58,903 bases of DNA. Source: an uncultured Gammaproteobacteria bacterium. GTDB lineage: Bacteria > Patescibacteriota > Microgenomatia > Levybacterales > UBA12049. The stretch spans positions 1 to 58,903 of the forward strand of contig CAYZEE010000001.1 in NCBI GenBank assembly GCA_964477485.1. The letters are read 5' to 3'. Of this stretch, positions 50,615 to 58,903 are shown piece by piece. Every line of letters begins with the position of its first letter. The stretch's first letter is position 1. The position numbers and the translations under genes were made by a program. The notes beneath the pieces were generated by a model that did not search any database, was not told where the DNA came from, and worked only from the letters and a program-made list of their open reading frames with translations.

Positions 50615-51717
50615 GAGTTGTAGTTATTGGAGGACACCTATCCCCTGCATTATCTGTAATAGAAGCTCTTCCCAAGGGTTATGAGGTATTGTTTATAGGA
50701 AGAAAGTATATCTTTGAGGGGGACAAGACTTTATCGTTAGAATACCAAACCGTAAACAGTCTCGGCATTGCCTTTGCGTCTTTGTCAACAGGAAGACTTC
50801 AGAGAAAGTTTACAAAACATACAATTCCGTCTCTTTTTAAATTGCCTGGAGGGTGTCTTGAGGCCGTATCTATTCTTCACAGATTCAAACCGGATGTAGT
50901 TTTAGGTTTTGGAGGCTATCTTGAAATCCCCGTTGTACTGGCAGCTTATATTTTGCGAATTCCTGCTGTAATCCATGAACAGACTCAGGAAGCCGGTCTT
51001 GCAAACAAAATTTGTTCTCATTTTGCCAAAAAAATCTGTATCTCATGGGAGATCTCACGCAAGTTTTTCCCTGAATACAAAACTGTTTTAACAGGAAACC
51101 CAATACATGAATTCAAAGTTCAAAATTCAAAGTTCAAAATTCAAGAGAACGAATTACCGTTAATATATATTACCGGCGGAAGTTCGGGTTCCCATTCCAT
51201 AAATGTTTTAGCTGAGGGTTGTATAAAGCAATTATTAAAACATTTCAAAATTATTCATCAGACAGGAGATGCTAAAGAATTTAATGATTTCAAGAGACTT
51301 TCGTCTCTCCGGGAAAAATTTTCGCAGGAAGAAAAAGAAAAATATATTATTAAAAAATTTATTTCGCCCTCCGATGTTCTGGAAGTTTTAAAAACCGCCG
51401 ATTTGATAATCGGCAGAGCCGGAATAAATACGGTTACAGAACTTTTATATGCAGGAAAGCCCTGCGTTTTAATTCCTCTTCCATTTTCGCAGAATAAAGA
51501 GCAGTTGAAGAACGCGAAGCTTTTAAAGAAAGTGGGGCTGGCTGAGATATTAGAACAAAAATCGGCAACATCCGATAAGCTCCTCCGGCTTATTAAAAAG
51601 ATAACAGAGAATTTGGAAAATTATAAAAAAAAGGGAAAGTTGGCAAGAGCGCTTGTTGATGTAAATGCAGCAGATAAAATTATAAAAGTATTGGAAGATG
51701 AAAAAAAGAATCTCTAG
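50611..51717 (+). CDS. murG: UDP-GlcNAc:lipid I N-acetylglucosaminyltransferase MurG
   Basis: GGHLSPALSV (G-loop), IHEQT, TGGSSGSHSIN and GRAGINTVTELLYAGKPCVLIPLP motifs. A heptamer array lies at the interdomain linker. Confidence 0.9.
   Translation: MRVVVIGGHLSPALSVIEALPKGYEVLFIGRKYIFEGDKTLSLEYQTVNSLGIAFASLSTGRLQRKFTKHTIPSLFKLPGGCLEAVSILHRFKPDVVLGFGGYLEIPVVLAAYILRIPAVIHEQTQEAGLANKICSHFAKKICISWEISRKFFPEYKTVLTGNPIHEFKVQNSKFKIQENELPLIYITGGSSGSHSINVLAEGCIKQLLKHFKIIHQTGDAKEFNDFKRLSSLREKFSQEEKEKYIIKKFISPSDVLEVLKTADLIIGRAGINTVTELLYAGKPCVLIPLPFSQNKEQLKNAKLLKKVGLAEILEQKSATSDKLLRLIKKITENLENYKKKGKLARALVDVNAADKIIKVLEDEKKNL
51112..51145. repeat. Heptanucleotide tandem repeat TTCAAAR x4.9 (equivalently AAARTTC), in frame inside murG
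   Basis: Read directly: ttcaaag ttcaaaa ttcaaag ttcaaaa ttcaag. Encodes FKVQNSKFKIQE between TGNPIHE and LPLIYITGG. Confidence 0.95.
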
Positions 51718-52099
51718 AAGGAAAAGGAAAACTTTTTTTGTTTGGTTTTTCGCTTATTTATTTTTAATAATAGCTCTTTTTATCGTTTTTTTCATACATT
51801 CGGCCCCTTTTAAAAAGCTTACCATAATGAGTCCTTTGGGAAAAAATAAAACTTATGGGAATTCACAGCTTGTGGGTCTTCTTAGAAAAGAAAATATTGC
51901 CTTTTCTCGTGTTTCCATAGCATCCGATTCTTCGTATCTGGTAAGTATCTCAGGAGGAGGGAAGGTTTTTTTGTCTCCCGAAAAAGATTTGTCCACTCAA
52001 ATCAGGACTTTACAACTTATACTAAAACGACTTACAATAGAAGGAGAAAAAGTTAATACTCTTGATTTTAGATTTGACAAAATAATTCTAAAACCCTGA
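51698..52099 (+). CDS. ftsQ: Short FtsQ-like bitopic protein (133 aa)
   Basis: Basic N-terminus, one TM segment and a short exported domain. The call rests mainly on its position between murG and ftsA. Confidence 0.45.
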   Translation: MKKRISRRKRKTFFVWFFAYLFLIIALFIVFFIHSAPFKKLTIMSPLGKNKTYGNSQLVGLLRKENIAFSRVSIASDSSYLVSISGGGKVFLSPEKDLSTQIRTLQLILKRLTIEGEKVNTLDFRFDKIILKP

Positions 52100-52106
52100 C
52101 TAACTT

Positions 52107-53399
52107 ATGAATGAGGGCAAAATTGTAGTTGGTATTGACATTGGCACGTCAAAAATTGCCACGATAATCGCAAAAGTAGATGAATTTGTAAATGTTTTAG
52201 GAGTTTCCGAGGTAGCGAGCGCGGGAATTAGGAAAGGGCAGATTGTTGATATTGTTGAGGCTGTTGGTTGCGTGAATAATTCTTTGGAAGCGGCTGAACG
52301 AATGGCAGGTATATCTGCCTCGCATGTAGTAGCCTCAATCGGCGGGTCGCATATTGAGTCATTAAATTCAAAAGGCGTTGTTGCGGTATCTAATCCTGAA
52401 GGGGAGATTGTCCAAAATGATTTACTCCGGGTTATTGATGCAGCCAAAGCAGTGTCTCTCCCGTCAAGCCGCGAAATAATTCATGTGCTTCCCCGTAACT
52501 ATACAGTAGACGGGCAGGAGGGAATAAAAGATCCGATTGGCATGACCGGGATTAGACTTGAGGTTGACACCCATATAATTTCTGCCAATACGACTGCGAT
52601 TAGAAATCTGGAAAAAACGCTTTCAGAGGTAGGAGTTGATACGGATTCGGTCGTTTTTAGTGGCTATGCGAGCGGTCTTACGGTTCTTTCTGAGACAGAG
52701 AAAGAACTGGGGGCGGTTTTGGTTGACATGGGGGCAGGAACAACAGATGTTTCAGTCTATGTAGATGGTTCGGTTGCGTACTCTTCTGTTTTGCCCGTTG
52801 GAGCAAGACACATCACAAATGATCTTGCAATTGGACTTAGAATTTCTCTGGAAAGCGCTGAAAAAATAAAACTTTTCCTGTCCTCCGTTCCTAAAAAGCC
52901 TGCCAGGGTTATGGATGAGGAAGCTGAATCTTCGGAAAAACCAAAATCCAGCGATGAAATCGACCTTTCTTTTCTTAAACTTCCCGAGGAGTTAAACAAA
53001 GTTTCAAGAAAAACCTTGGTCGACGGCATTATAAGACCAAGACTTAATGAAATTTTTACATTTGTGGGACTTGAGCTTAAAAAAAGCGGCTTTGCCGGAC
53101 AGACCCCTTCGGGTCTTGTGATAACCGGAGGAGGAGCTCTGACAGTAGGGGTGGTTGAGACTGCCAAGAGGACTCTTGCTATGCCGGTTAGAATCGGATT
53201 ACCGACAAACATAAAAGGGATTATTGATGAGATTCAAACTCCTGCCTTCTCAACTGCAGTGGGACTTGTTATGTATGGGGGGACTATTGAAGCAACTAGT
53301 ACTCTTCCTTTTGGATTATCCGTTCCCCAGATTCCGATCCCGCGCCTTAACAAAATCTTTTCCCGTATCATAGGAATTGCAAAATCCTTTATACCGTAG
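52107..53399 (+). CDS. ftsA: Cell division protein FtsA
   Basis: Actin-fold motifs VGIDIGTSKI, VDMGAGTTDV and ITGGGA. Confidence 0.9.
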   Translation: MNEGKIVVGIDIGTSKIATIIAKVDEFVNVLGVSEVASAGIRKGQIVDIVEAVGCVNNSLEAAERMAGISASHVVASIGGSHIESLNSKGVVAVSNPEGEIVQNDLLRVIDAAKAVSLPSSREIIHVLPRNYTVDGQEGIKDPIGMTGIRLEVDTHIISANTTAIRNLEKTLSEVGVDTDSVVFSGYASGLTVLSETEKELGAVLVDMGAGTTDVSVYVDGSVAYSSVLPVGARHITNDLAIGLRISLESAEKIKLFLSSVPKKPARVMDEEAESSEKPKSSDEIDLSFLKLPEELNKVSRKTLVDGIIRPRLNEIFTFVGLELKKSGFAGQTPSGLVITGGGALTVGVVETAKRTLAMPVRIGLPTNIKGIIDEIQTPAFSTAVGLVMYGGTIEATSTLPFGLSVPQIPIPRLNKIFSRIIGIAKSFIP

Positions 53400-53453
53400 T
53401 CAAAAAAACGGGGCTTGCAAAACCATTTTTTATCTGCTACATTTAGTGTGTTT

Positions 53454-54545
53454 ATGCTTATTAAGCCCCAAACGACAAATTTTGCCAAAATAAGAGTTAT
53501 GGGTATAGGCGGCGGGGGATGCAACGCTCTTTCCTCAATGATTTCGCAGGGTCAGATTCAGGGAGTTGATTTTGTTGCCGTCAACACAGATGCCCAGGCT
53601 CTTCTTCTTTGCCAGGCAGCAACCAAGGTCCAGATAGGAGAAAATTTAACAAAAGGATTGGGTTCCGGAGGAGATCCGGATATCGGAAAGCAGGCAGCCG
53701 AGGAATCTTCAGAAAAATTAAAGAACATACTTGACGGTTCTGACATGGTTTTTTTGGCAGCCGGAATGGGGGGAGGCACGGGAACCGGCTCATCGCCTAT
53801 TATCGCAAAAGCTGCAAAAGAAGTCGGAGCATTGACCATAGCAGTTGTTACAAAACCATTTTTATTTGAAGGGACAAGAAGAATGGTGTCTGCTGAAGAT
53901 GGAATTGAGGAATTAAAAGATAAAGTCGACACTTTAATTGTTATTCCCAATCAGAGAATTCTTGATGTGGTTGATAAAAAACTCTCCCTTCTTGAGGCAT
54001 TTAAAGTCGCTGATTCGGTTCTGACTCAAGGTGTTCAGGGAATTTCAGATCTTATAACTCTGCCGGGGCTTATAAATGTGGATTTTGCAGATGTAAGAAC
54101 TATTATGTCAAACGCAGGCTCGGCTCTTATGGGAATAGGCACAGGAGTTGGTGAAAACAGAGCAACTTTGGCGGCCAGAAGCGCTATTGCCTCACCTCTT
54201 CTTGAAATATCGATGGATGGAGCGCGGGGAGTGCTGTTTAACATAACAGGGGGAACAGATATTACTATGAACGAAGTTGATGAGGCGGCAAAAATTATTT
54301 CCCAGGCAGCTGATCCGGACGCAAATATTATTTTCGGCGCAACAGTTGATGATTCGATGCATGACCAGATGAAAATAACTGTTGTTGCAACCGGGTTTGA
54401 CCAGACAAGACAAACACTTCGGGAATTTGTAATTCCTGAGAAGAAATTAGAAGAATCCCAGCAACAGCAGCCGCAAGTGGAGGAACCGGCTGAGGAAAAA
54501 GAAGACGTCTTCGAAATTCCCGCATTTTTGCGCAATAGAAACTAA
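53454..54545 (+). CDS. ftsZ: Cell division GTPase FtsZ
   Basis: [13 protein letters not shown], the tubulin signature [17 protein letters not shown], and a C-terminal FEIPAFLR peptide. ATG 53454 is preferred over the ORF-track TTG 53415. Confidence 0.93.
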   Translation: MLIKPQTTNFAKIRVMGIGGGGCNALSSMISQGQIQGVDFVAVNTDAQALLLCQAATKVQIGENLTKGLGSGGDPDIGKQAAEESSEKLKNILDGSDMVFLAAGMGGGTGTGSSPIIAKAAKEVGALTIAVVTKPFLFEGTRRMVSAEDGIEELKDKVDTLIVIPNQRILDVVDKKLSLLEAFKVADSVLTQGVQGISDLITLPGLINVDFADVRTIMSNAGSALMGIGTGVGENRATLAARSAIASPLLEISMDGARGVLFNITGGTDITMNEVDEAAKIISQAADPDANIIFGATVDDSMHDQMKITVVATGFDQTRQTLREFVIPEKKLEESQQQQPQVEEPAEEKEDVFEIPAFLRNRN

Positions 54546-54617
54546 ATTCTTCTCAATTCTTACATCTACCATTGTACGACGCAACCTACTTCTTACCCAC
54601 ATCTTACAGATTGTCTA

Positions 54618-54646
54618 TTGACAGTTTAATCTAGATGGTGTATAAA
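54618..54646 (+). promoter_or_regulatory. TTGACA-17 nt-TATAAA promoter-like element reading straight into the 54660 terminator
   Basis: TTGACA at 54618-54623 and TATAAA at 54641-54646. Confidence 0.4.
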
Positions 54647-54659
54647 ATAAGCATACACG

Positions 54660-54696
54660 CCTCAGCTATGCGAAAGCCCGCTGAGGTTTTTCTTTT
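54660..54696 (+). terminator. Rho-independent terminator downstream of ftsZ
   Basis: A 7-bp stem cctcagc/gctgagg (54660-54666 with 54680-54686) and an inner GC pair closing a GAAA tetraloop, followed by TTTTTCTTTT. Confidence 0.75.
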
Positions 54697-54706
54697 GGTA
54701 AAAAAC

Positions 54707-54715
54707 TGATATAAT
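54707..54715 (+). promoter_or_regulatory. Extended -10 (TGaTATAAT), 6 nt upstream of ATG 54722 (leaderless-type)
   Basis: TGATATAAT ccttgc ATG. Confidence 0.5.
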
Positions 54716-54721
54716 CCTTGC

Positions 54722-55379
54722 ATGAAGAAGACAGTTCTTTTTATTGACGGCGAGAATTTCATAGGCAAGGTTGAGCAGGTTCTTAAAGAGGAAAAGGTAG
54801 CCGTAAGTAAAGTTGATATTACAAAGATTCGTATTAAAAAACTTATAAGTTCAGTATTTACTGATTTAAGCATAACAGAAAGCAGGTTTTATTCTGCAAA
54901 ACTTAGGGTTCATAAAGAGACAGTAGAGAAAATCACTTCATTTAATTTCTAAACAACGGGCATTAAAAACTACATTAGAGAAAGATGGGTTTGAATTTAT
55001 AATAGCAGGGAACGTTCGTGGTCAATATGTCAAAGTTGACGGAGCTTCTAAATTGGTTTTTAAAGAGAAAGATCCTGGCGAGTCAACTGTATTCTTTCTA
55101 AGAAGAAAAACTGGGTTAGAGGACGGGTTAAGACCAAAACGAACTTCGAAATTAAGATACAGAGCCCAACTAGTAGATGCAGCATTTCAGAAGTTGAGCA
55201 TTTTAAACAATTCTCTCCCAACGGTATACGGATTATTGCCATTTATCCATTCTATCGCCAGATTGTATGCAAATTCTTTTCTCGAAATCGAAGTAGATGA
55301 GATGGAATCCGAAGCTGTTGTTTACATATTAGATTTTATTGCAAAAGGCAGACCTATAATGGGTTTTCCTATGGACTAA
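54722..55379 (+). pseudogene. NYN/LabA-like domain gene, disrupted (frameshift near 54927-54952) with divergent 3' part
   Basis: ORF 54722..54952 (MKKTVLFIDGENFIGK..) has an NYN-type N-terminus and stops after 76 aa. Another frame, open from 54927, continues with ..QRALKTTLEKDGFEFIIAGNVRGQY..VFKEK, the expected continuation. The expected KGVDV..SSDSD blocks are then missing. Confidence 0.45.
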
Positions 55380-55405
55380 ATGCTCATTTAGAGAAATATG
55401 TAAGA

Positions 55406-55726
55406 ATGCTTTCCATATCTCGGTACAAAGAGTTGCTTTTATCTACTCCAGTATCACCTGACAGAACTAAAACCCTTGGAGACGTCGTGAGCCTAAATAG
55501 AGATATTGAATCTAGCGTAGAAGAGGCTAATGAAGTTATTGGTCAAAAATTAGTTGCGCTTTCACCACTGCAGAGAATACTGATAATGAAAATTGCAGTT
55601 GATGAAAGAACCATAGAAGATGTAAGTGAGGAATTTGGGATAGATCTAGATTCGGTTCAAGAAATATACAATGATGCACTTTCTCTTCTAAGAGGCGAAA
55701 TGTATGGGGACGGTCCCCGGAAATAA
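55406..55726 (+). CDS. Small sigma-70 region-4 / YlxM-like HTH protein (106 aa)
   Basis: LSPLQRILIMKIAVDERTIEDVSEEFGIDLDSVQEIYNDALSLLR resembles a sigma region 4.2 HTH. No region 2 is present. Confidence 0.5.
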   Translation: MLSISRYKELLLSTPVSPDRTKTLGDVVSLNRDIESSVEEANEVIGQKLVALSPLQRILIMKIAVDERTIEDVSEEFGIDLDSVQEIYNDALSLLRGEMYGDGPRK

Positions 55727-55829
55727 GCGTTACTGAATATAATCAATCCCAGTGTAATAAAAGAATTCATAAGGAAAACAAAAAACGACCTAATAAAAAC
55801 TGCTATAATTAATTGTTAAAGCAAGCGAT

Positions 55830-56921
55830 GTGACTAAAAAACTTATAATTTTTATTATTGGTATTCTATTGGGATTATTGTCAGGATATCTTATCTTTTT
55901 ATTTACCCCTGTGACTTCTTTTTTGCAGGAAGAATCTATTCTCCCTCAAAAGCAAATTATAGGATTTTTGCCCTATTTTCTCTTAAGCCATGCAAAAGCT
56001 GATTATTCAAAGTACATAACTACTCTTACCTATTTTGGATTAAGGATAAATCCGGACGGAAGCATAATGAAATTAACAAATCCGCAAGAAGAAGAACCCG
56101 GTTGGTACGCTCTTGAAAGCGGTAAAGTTAACCCGTTTTTTACAAAGGCAAAACAGAATAACGTCTTATTGTCTCTTCTTATTTCGGACGGTGATCAGGA
56201 TTCCATAAATTCGCTAATGTCCAATCCTAGAATAAATGGGAATAATCTTGTTTCTCAAGTGGCGCCGATTATGAAACAATATGGATTTAGAGACTTAAAT
56301 CTGGATATAGAAAGTGTGATTAGGGCATCAAAGTCTGCTCAGGAGAATTTTACGATATTTGCTCAAACCGTAAAAAAAGCTTTGGCTAACAGAAAATTGG
56401 GAACGTTAACTGTAGAGATAAGTCCGACCGATCTTATAAAAAAGGATCTTATAGATCCTTCAAGTATTGCACCCGTTGCTGATTATATTGTTCTTATGGG
56501 ATATGACTACCATTTTACCGGTTCTTTGGTTACCGGTCCGGTAGCGCCTCTTTATGGTGCGGGTGATCGTTTAGAATACGATGTCTCAACAGCGCTTGAT
56601 ACAGCCAAAAAAGTGATTCCGAAATCAAAGCTTGTTTTGGGTATCCCGTTCTACGGTTATTCTTGGGAGACTATTAATAATACTCCCCAATCCGCAGTGA
56701 TTCCCGATACGGGTATAATAGAAAGCGTAAGGACAGTATCAAATTTCTTAAAAGATTGTGCTACATGCAGCGCAATCTTTAACCCCATTTTTCAAGAACC
56801 GTACATTGTTTATAAAACGTCAACAGGAACGTACAGGCAAACTTTTTATCCAAATCAATTATCCACCCAATCAAAAATACATTTTGTTAAATTTCAAGAT
56901 TTGGCGGGGATTGCTCTGTAG
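55830..56921 (+). CDS. GH18-like (chitinase/YaaH-like) glycoside hydrolase, membrane-anchored; in-frame TAG 20 codons before a second stop
   Basis: GTG start and an N-terminal TM segment. Catalytic block ..FRDLNLDIE (DxE). The C-terminus reads ..LAGIAL-TAG-ALGYEDNNIL.., where GH18 proteins usually have GIxxWxLGxED. Confidence 0.7.
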   Translation: MTKKLIIFIIGILLGLLSGYLIFLFTPVTSFLQEESILPQKQIIGFLPYFLLSHAKADYSKYITTLTYFGLRINPDGSIMKLTNPQEEEPGWYALESGKVNPFFTKAKQNNVLLSLLISDGDQDSINSLMSNPRINGNNLVSQVAPIMKQYGFRDLNLDIESVIRASKSAQENFTIFAQTVKKALANRKLGTLTVEISPTDLIKKDLIDPSSIAPVADYIVLMGYDYHFTGSLVTGPVAPLYGAGDRLEYDVSTALDTAKKVIPKSKLVLGIPFYGYSWETINNTPQSAVIPDTGIIESVRTVSNFLKDCATCSAIFNPIFQEPYIVYKTSTGTYRQTFYPNQLSTQSKIHFVKFQDLAGIAL

Positions 56922-56985
56922 GCGCTTGGATATGAAGATAATAATATCCTAAGTCCGGTTAAGACGTATAAAAATAGTCTGTAGA

Positions 56986-57621
56986 TTAGGTTATTCTTCC
57001 GTGCCTTTTATCGCTATCGAAGACGTATGTGTCTCCTTGAGAAAGTGATAGGACATGGCTTACGTAATTAAGATCGTTAAAAGCAACTTTTGCTGATCCG
57101 CTTACTACGTCTATGGTTACAATATCGTTGGTATTATCAAGTGTTATATTAATCTTTCCATGATCTACATAGGTTAAAAGAGAAAGACTTTTTACAGCAA
57201 TAGGAGTTTGTCCTGTATTTTCAAATGCTGCGCTTCCGCTTGCTTCTGTAAAAACCATGTTGTCGGGAAGGGTTTGGATAAAATCAATTTCTGTTTTAGG
57301 GAAAATATTTATATTAACAAGATTGGGAAAATTTACAAGGGCGTTTCCGCCTTCCATAGCCAGAAGCATCTCTCCTTGTTGAATAGACCTTGATTTTTTA
57401 AGTTGGGAGGGTTGCGTCGCTGTTCTTGATTCCCAGGAGACATTTCCGGAAAAAGTTACACTACCCCGTAGGGATTCTGTTGGCGCTTCAGACAAGGAGA
57501 ATCTCGTTGCAGATAAAGGAGAAATGATATTGTTGGCAGTGTTGTTCTTGGAAAAGGCAAAGACTGAAACGGCGCAAACACCCAGAAAAAGCGAGACAAT
57601 AAAAAGAGAAACGTTTTTCAT
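56986..57621 (-). CDS. Exported protein, FecR-domain-like (211 aa)
   Basis: Signal peptide, then a ..GSVTFSGNVSWESR...IQQGEMLLAMEGGNALVNF.. pattern reminiscent of FecR-type sensor domains. Weak call. Confidence 0.4.
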   Translation of the reverse strand: MKNVSLFIVSLFLGVCAVSVFAFSKNNTANNIISPLSATRFSLSEAPTESLRGSVTFSGNVSWESRTATQPSQLKKSRSIQQGEMLLAMEGGNALVNFPNLVNINIFPKTEIDFIQTLPDNMVFTEASGSAAFENTGQTPIAVKSLSLLTYVDHGKINITLDNTNDIVTIDVVSGSAKVAFNDLNYVSHVLSLSQGDTYVFDSDKRHGRIT

Positions 57622-57671
57622 ATATTATCCTGTTATAATATTGTATGCTAAGCAGTTTAAAATAAAAAGCT

Positions 57672-58718
57672 ATGAAAAAATTTCTGTTAGTTTTATGCAG
57701 TATTTTTTTCGCAGTATCAGTTTTGGAATTTGTCTATATTTTAAACAATAAAAATTGGTTTGTCCCGCATATAGGGCATCCTGTTCCCAAGCCCAAACCG
57801 CTTCTTGAGTATACATTCAATAATTTGAAACATACAAAATTTCAGGAGACTAAAATAACTTTCGGAAAGGCTGTTAAGAATAATAAAGATTTTAAATCCC
57901 GGATTTTTTACTTTTATGCGCCTAAAACTCCTGAAGGCAAAACAATGGGAAAAGTAAGCGGGCTTATCAATATTCCGGCAGAAAGCGGTGATTATCCGGT
58001 AATCGTAATGTTTCGGGGATACATGCCAAAAGACTCTTATAAGTCCGGAGATGATACCCAGCCCTCAGCACAGGTTTTTGTAAAACATGGTTTTATAACC
58101 CTTGCTCCGGATTTCTTGGGTTATGGCGAGTCTGCAAGCCCGTCAGCTGATTCCTTTGAGGATAGATTTCAAACCTACACGACAGCTCTTTCTCTTCTTA
58201 CTTCTTTGCCAACCCTGAATGCTTCTTTAAATAAAGAATATTCCGGGGTAACAGCCGATTTGTCTAAAGTCGGGATTTGGGGACATAGTAATGGAGGACA
58301 TATAGCTTTGGCAACACTTGCCATAAGCGGAACTTCGTATCCGACTGTTCTTTGGGCTCCTGTTTCCGCATCGTTTCCTTATTCAATTTTGTACTATACG
58401 GATGAGACCAAGGATCAGGGAAGAGCTTTAAGGAAAGCGCTCGCCGGTTTTGAAAAGGTTTACAACACGGATTTTTTTTCTCCACTGCTTTATTATAAGT
58501 GGATAAAAGCACCGATAGAGATTGATCAGGGTATGTCGGATCATGAGGTGCCCGTATGGTGGTCAGATAACCTGGTGTCCCTGCTTGAAAAGTATAATAT
58601 AACTGTTGCTTATCATACTTATCAGGACGCAGACCACAATTTTTTGCCACAAGGGTGGTCTGATGCGGTTTCAAACAGCATATCCTTCTATGATAAATAC
58701 TTTTCTAAAAACAAATAA
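57672..58718 (+). CDS. Exported alpha/beta hydrolase (S9/dienelactone-hydrolase-like)
   Basis: N-terminal signal anchor, the nucleophile elbow GIWGHSNGGHIAL (GxSxG), and later D and H (DADHNF) residues. Confidence 0.75.
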   Translation: MKKFLLVLCSIFFAVSVLEFVYILNNKNWFVPHIGHPVPKPKPLLEYTFNNLKHTKFQETKITFGKAVKNNKDFKSRIFYFYAPKTPEGKTMGKVSGLINIPAESGDYPVIVMFRGYMPKDSYKSGDDTQPSAQVFVKHGFITLAPDFLGYGESASPSADSFEDRFQTYTTALSLLTSLPTLNASLNKEYSGVTADLSKVGIWGHSNGGHIALATLAISGTSYPTVLWAPVSASFPYSILYYTDETKDQGRALRKALAGFEKVYNTDFFSPLLYYKWIKAPIEIDQGMSDHEVPVWWSDNLVSLLEKYNITVAYHTYQDADHNFLPQGWSDAVSNSISFYDKYFSKNK

Positions 58719-58903
58719 GGAATTAGGTTTTTGGGATAACCAAAAATTCATCTCCAGTTGCTTTCATAAACTCCCCTTTTTCTGTTATAGCTTTTTTTGT
58801 CAGGTTTTTTAATAAGGTGGAGTTTAATTGAATAAGTTAAAATACATTTGTGAATAAGTCGTGATACATATTGGAATCTTAAGGATTTAAGATTCTATGC
58901 CAA

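Noticed and set aside
1851-51145. Could the short tandem arrays be CRISPR or MITE-like elements?
   Set aside because: The units are 7-8 nt with no spacers, the arrays are only 28-50 nt long and lie in frame inside CDSs, and there are no terminal inverted repeats. They are not CRISPR arrays or recognisable mobile elements.
52100-54535. Long antisense ORFs opposite ftsA and ftsZ (52100..52447, 52757..53212, 53558..53950, 54035..54535).
   Set aside because: The sense frames encode unmistakable FtsA and FtsZ. The antisense ORFs are typical shadow ORFs.
56919-56921. Genome-wide TAG reassignment (for example pyrrolysine-like) as the explanation for the in-frame TAG in the GH18 gene.
   Set aside because: TAG is used as an ordinary terminator for several well-delimited genes in the window, and no pyl-type genes are seen. 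A point mutation or variant is more parsimonious.
58719-58903. A possible short minus-strand ORF (ending ..EFMKATGDEFLVIPKT) and an A/T-rich hairpin (tttttgg-gataa-ccaaaaa, ~58729-58747) at the right edge.
   Set aside because: The ORF is under 40 codons, has no clear start and runs toward the window edge. The hairpin has a weak AT stem and no U-tract. Neither can be supported.

Overview
AT-rich, gene-dense window, almost entirely plus-strand, with many 4-nt ATGA stop/start overlaps. Gene content suggests a small-genome monoderm bacterium, possibly Patescibacteria/CPR-like; that is my inference and is not verified. No rRNA, tRNA, CRISPR array, transposase or integrase was recognised.

Layout:
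(1) 0.3-21.3 kb is a very large envelope-glycosylation operon set. It holds 4 GT4 genes plus one GT4 N-domain-only ORF, 3 GT2 genes including a polyprenyl-phosphate glycosyltransferase, 2 hexapeptide acetyltransferases and 3 huge polytopic GT-C/Wzy-like membrane proteins. It also holds a methyltransferase, a ManC-like guanylyltransferase and an initiating sugar-phosphate transferase. A small inverted two-gene module (pentapeptide-repeat protein plus coiled-coil protein) interrupts it.
(2) 21.3-28.3 kb carries a DUF4012-like protein, recO, two minus-strand membrane/exported proteins, glyQS, purF and a small anchored protein.
(3) 28.4-54.5 kb is a division/cell-wall (dcw) cluster: mraZ-rsmH-ftsL-ftsI-murE-murC-murA-GlmU-like-HAD, then mraY-ftsW-murG-ftsQ-like-ftsA-ftsZ.
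(4) 54.6-58.9 kb holds a decayed NYN-domain gene, a sigma-region-4-like HTH protein, a GH18-like hydrolase with an in-frame TAG, a FecR-like exported protein and an alpha/beta hydrolase.

The dcw cluster is split by an ~11 kb accessory island (37.6-48.5 kb). The island encodes an S8 protease, PT-linker surface proteins and a GT-C-like membrane protein. Most notably, it encodes four paralogous secreted Asn/Gly/Thr-rich repeat proteins, one of them LPXTG-terminated, together with a sortase. This is my best candidate for an undescribed system: a sortase-anchored, curli/beta-solenoid-like surface fibre.

Two recurrent sequence-level oddities stand out. In-frame A-rich heptanucleotide tandem arrays sit at equivalent surface loops of several GT-B enzymes, murG included. 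Nearly every operon-initial gene has a -10 box 6-8 nt upstream of its start codon, implying leaderless mRNAs, whereas the repeat-protein genes have long structured leaders and strong SDs.
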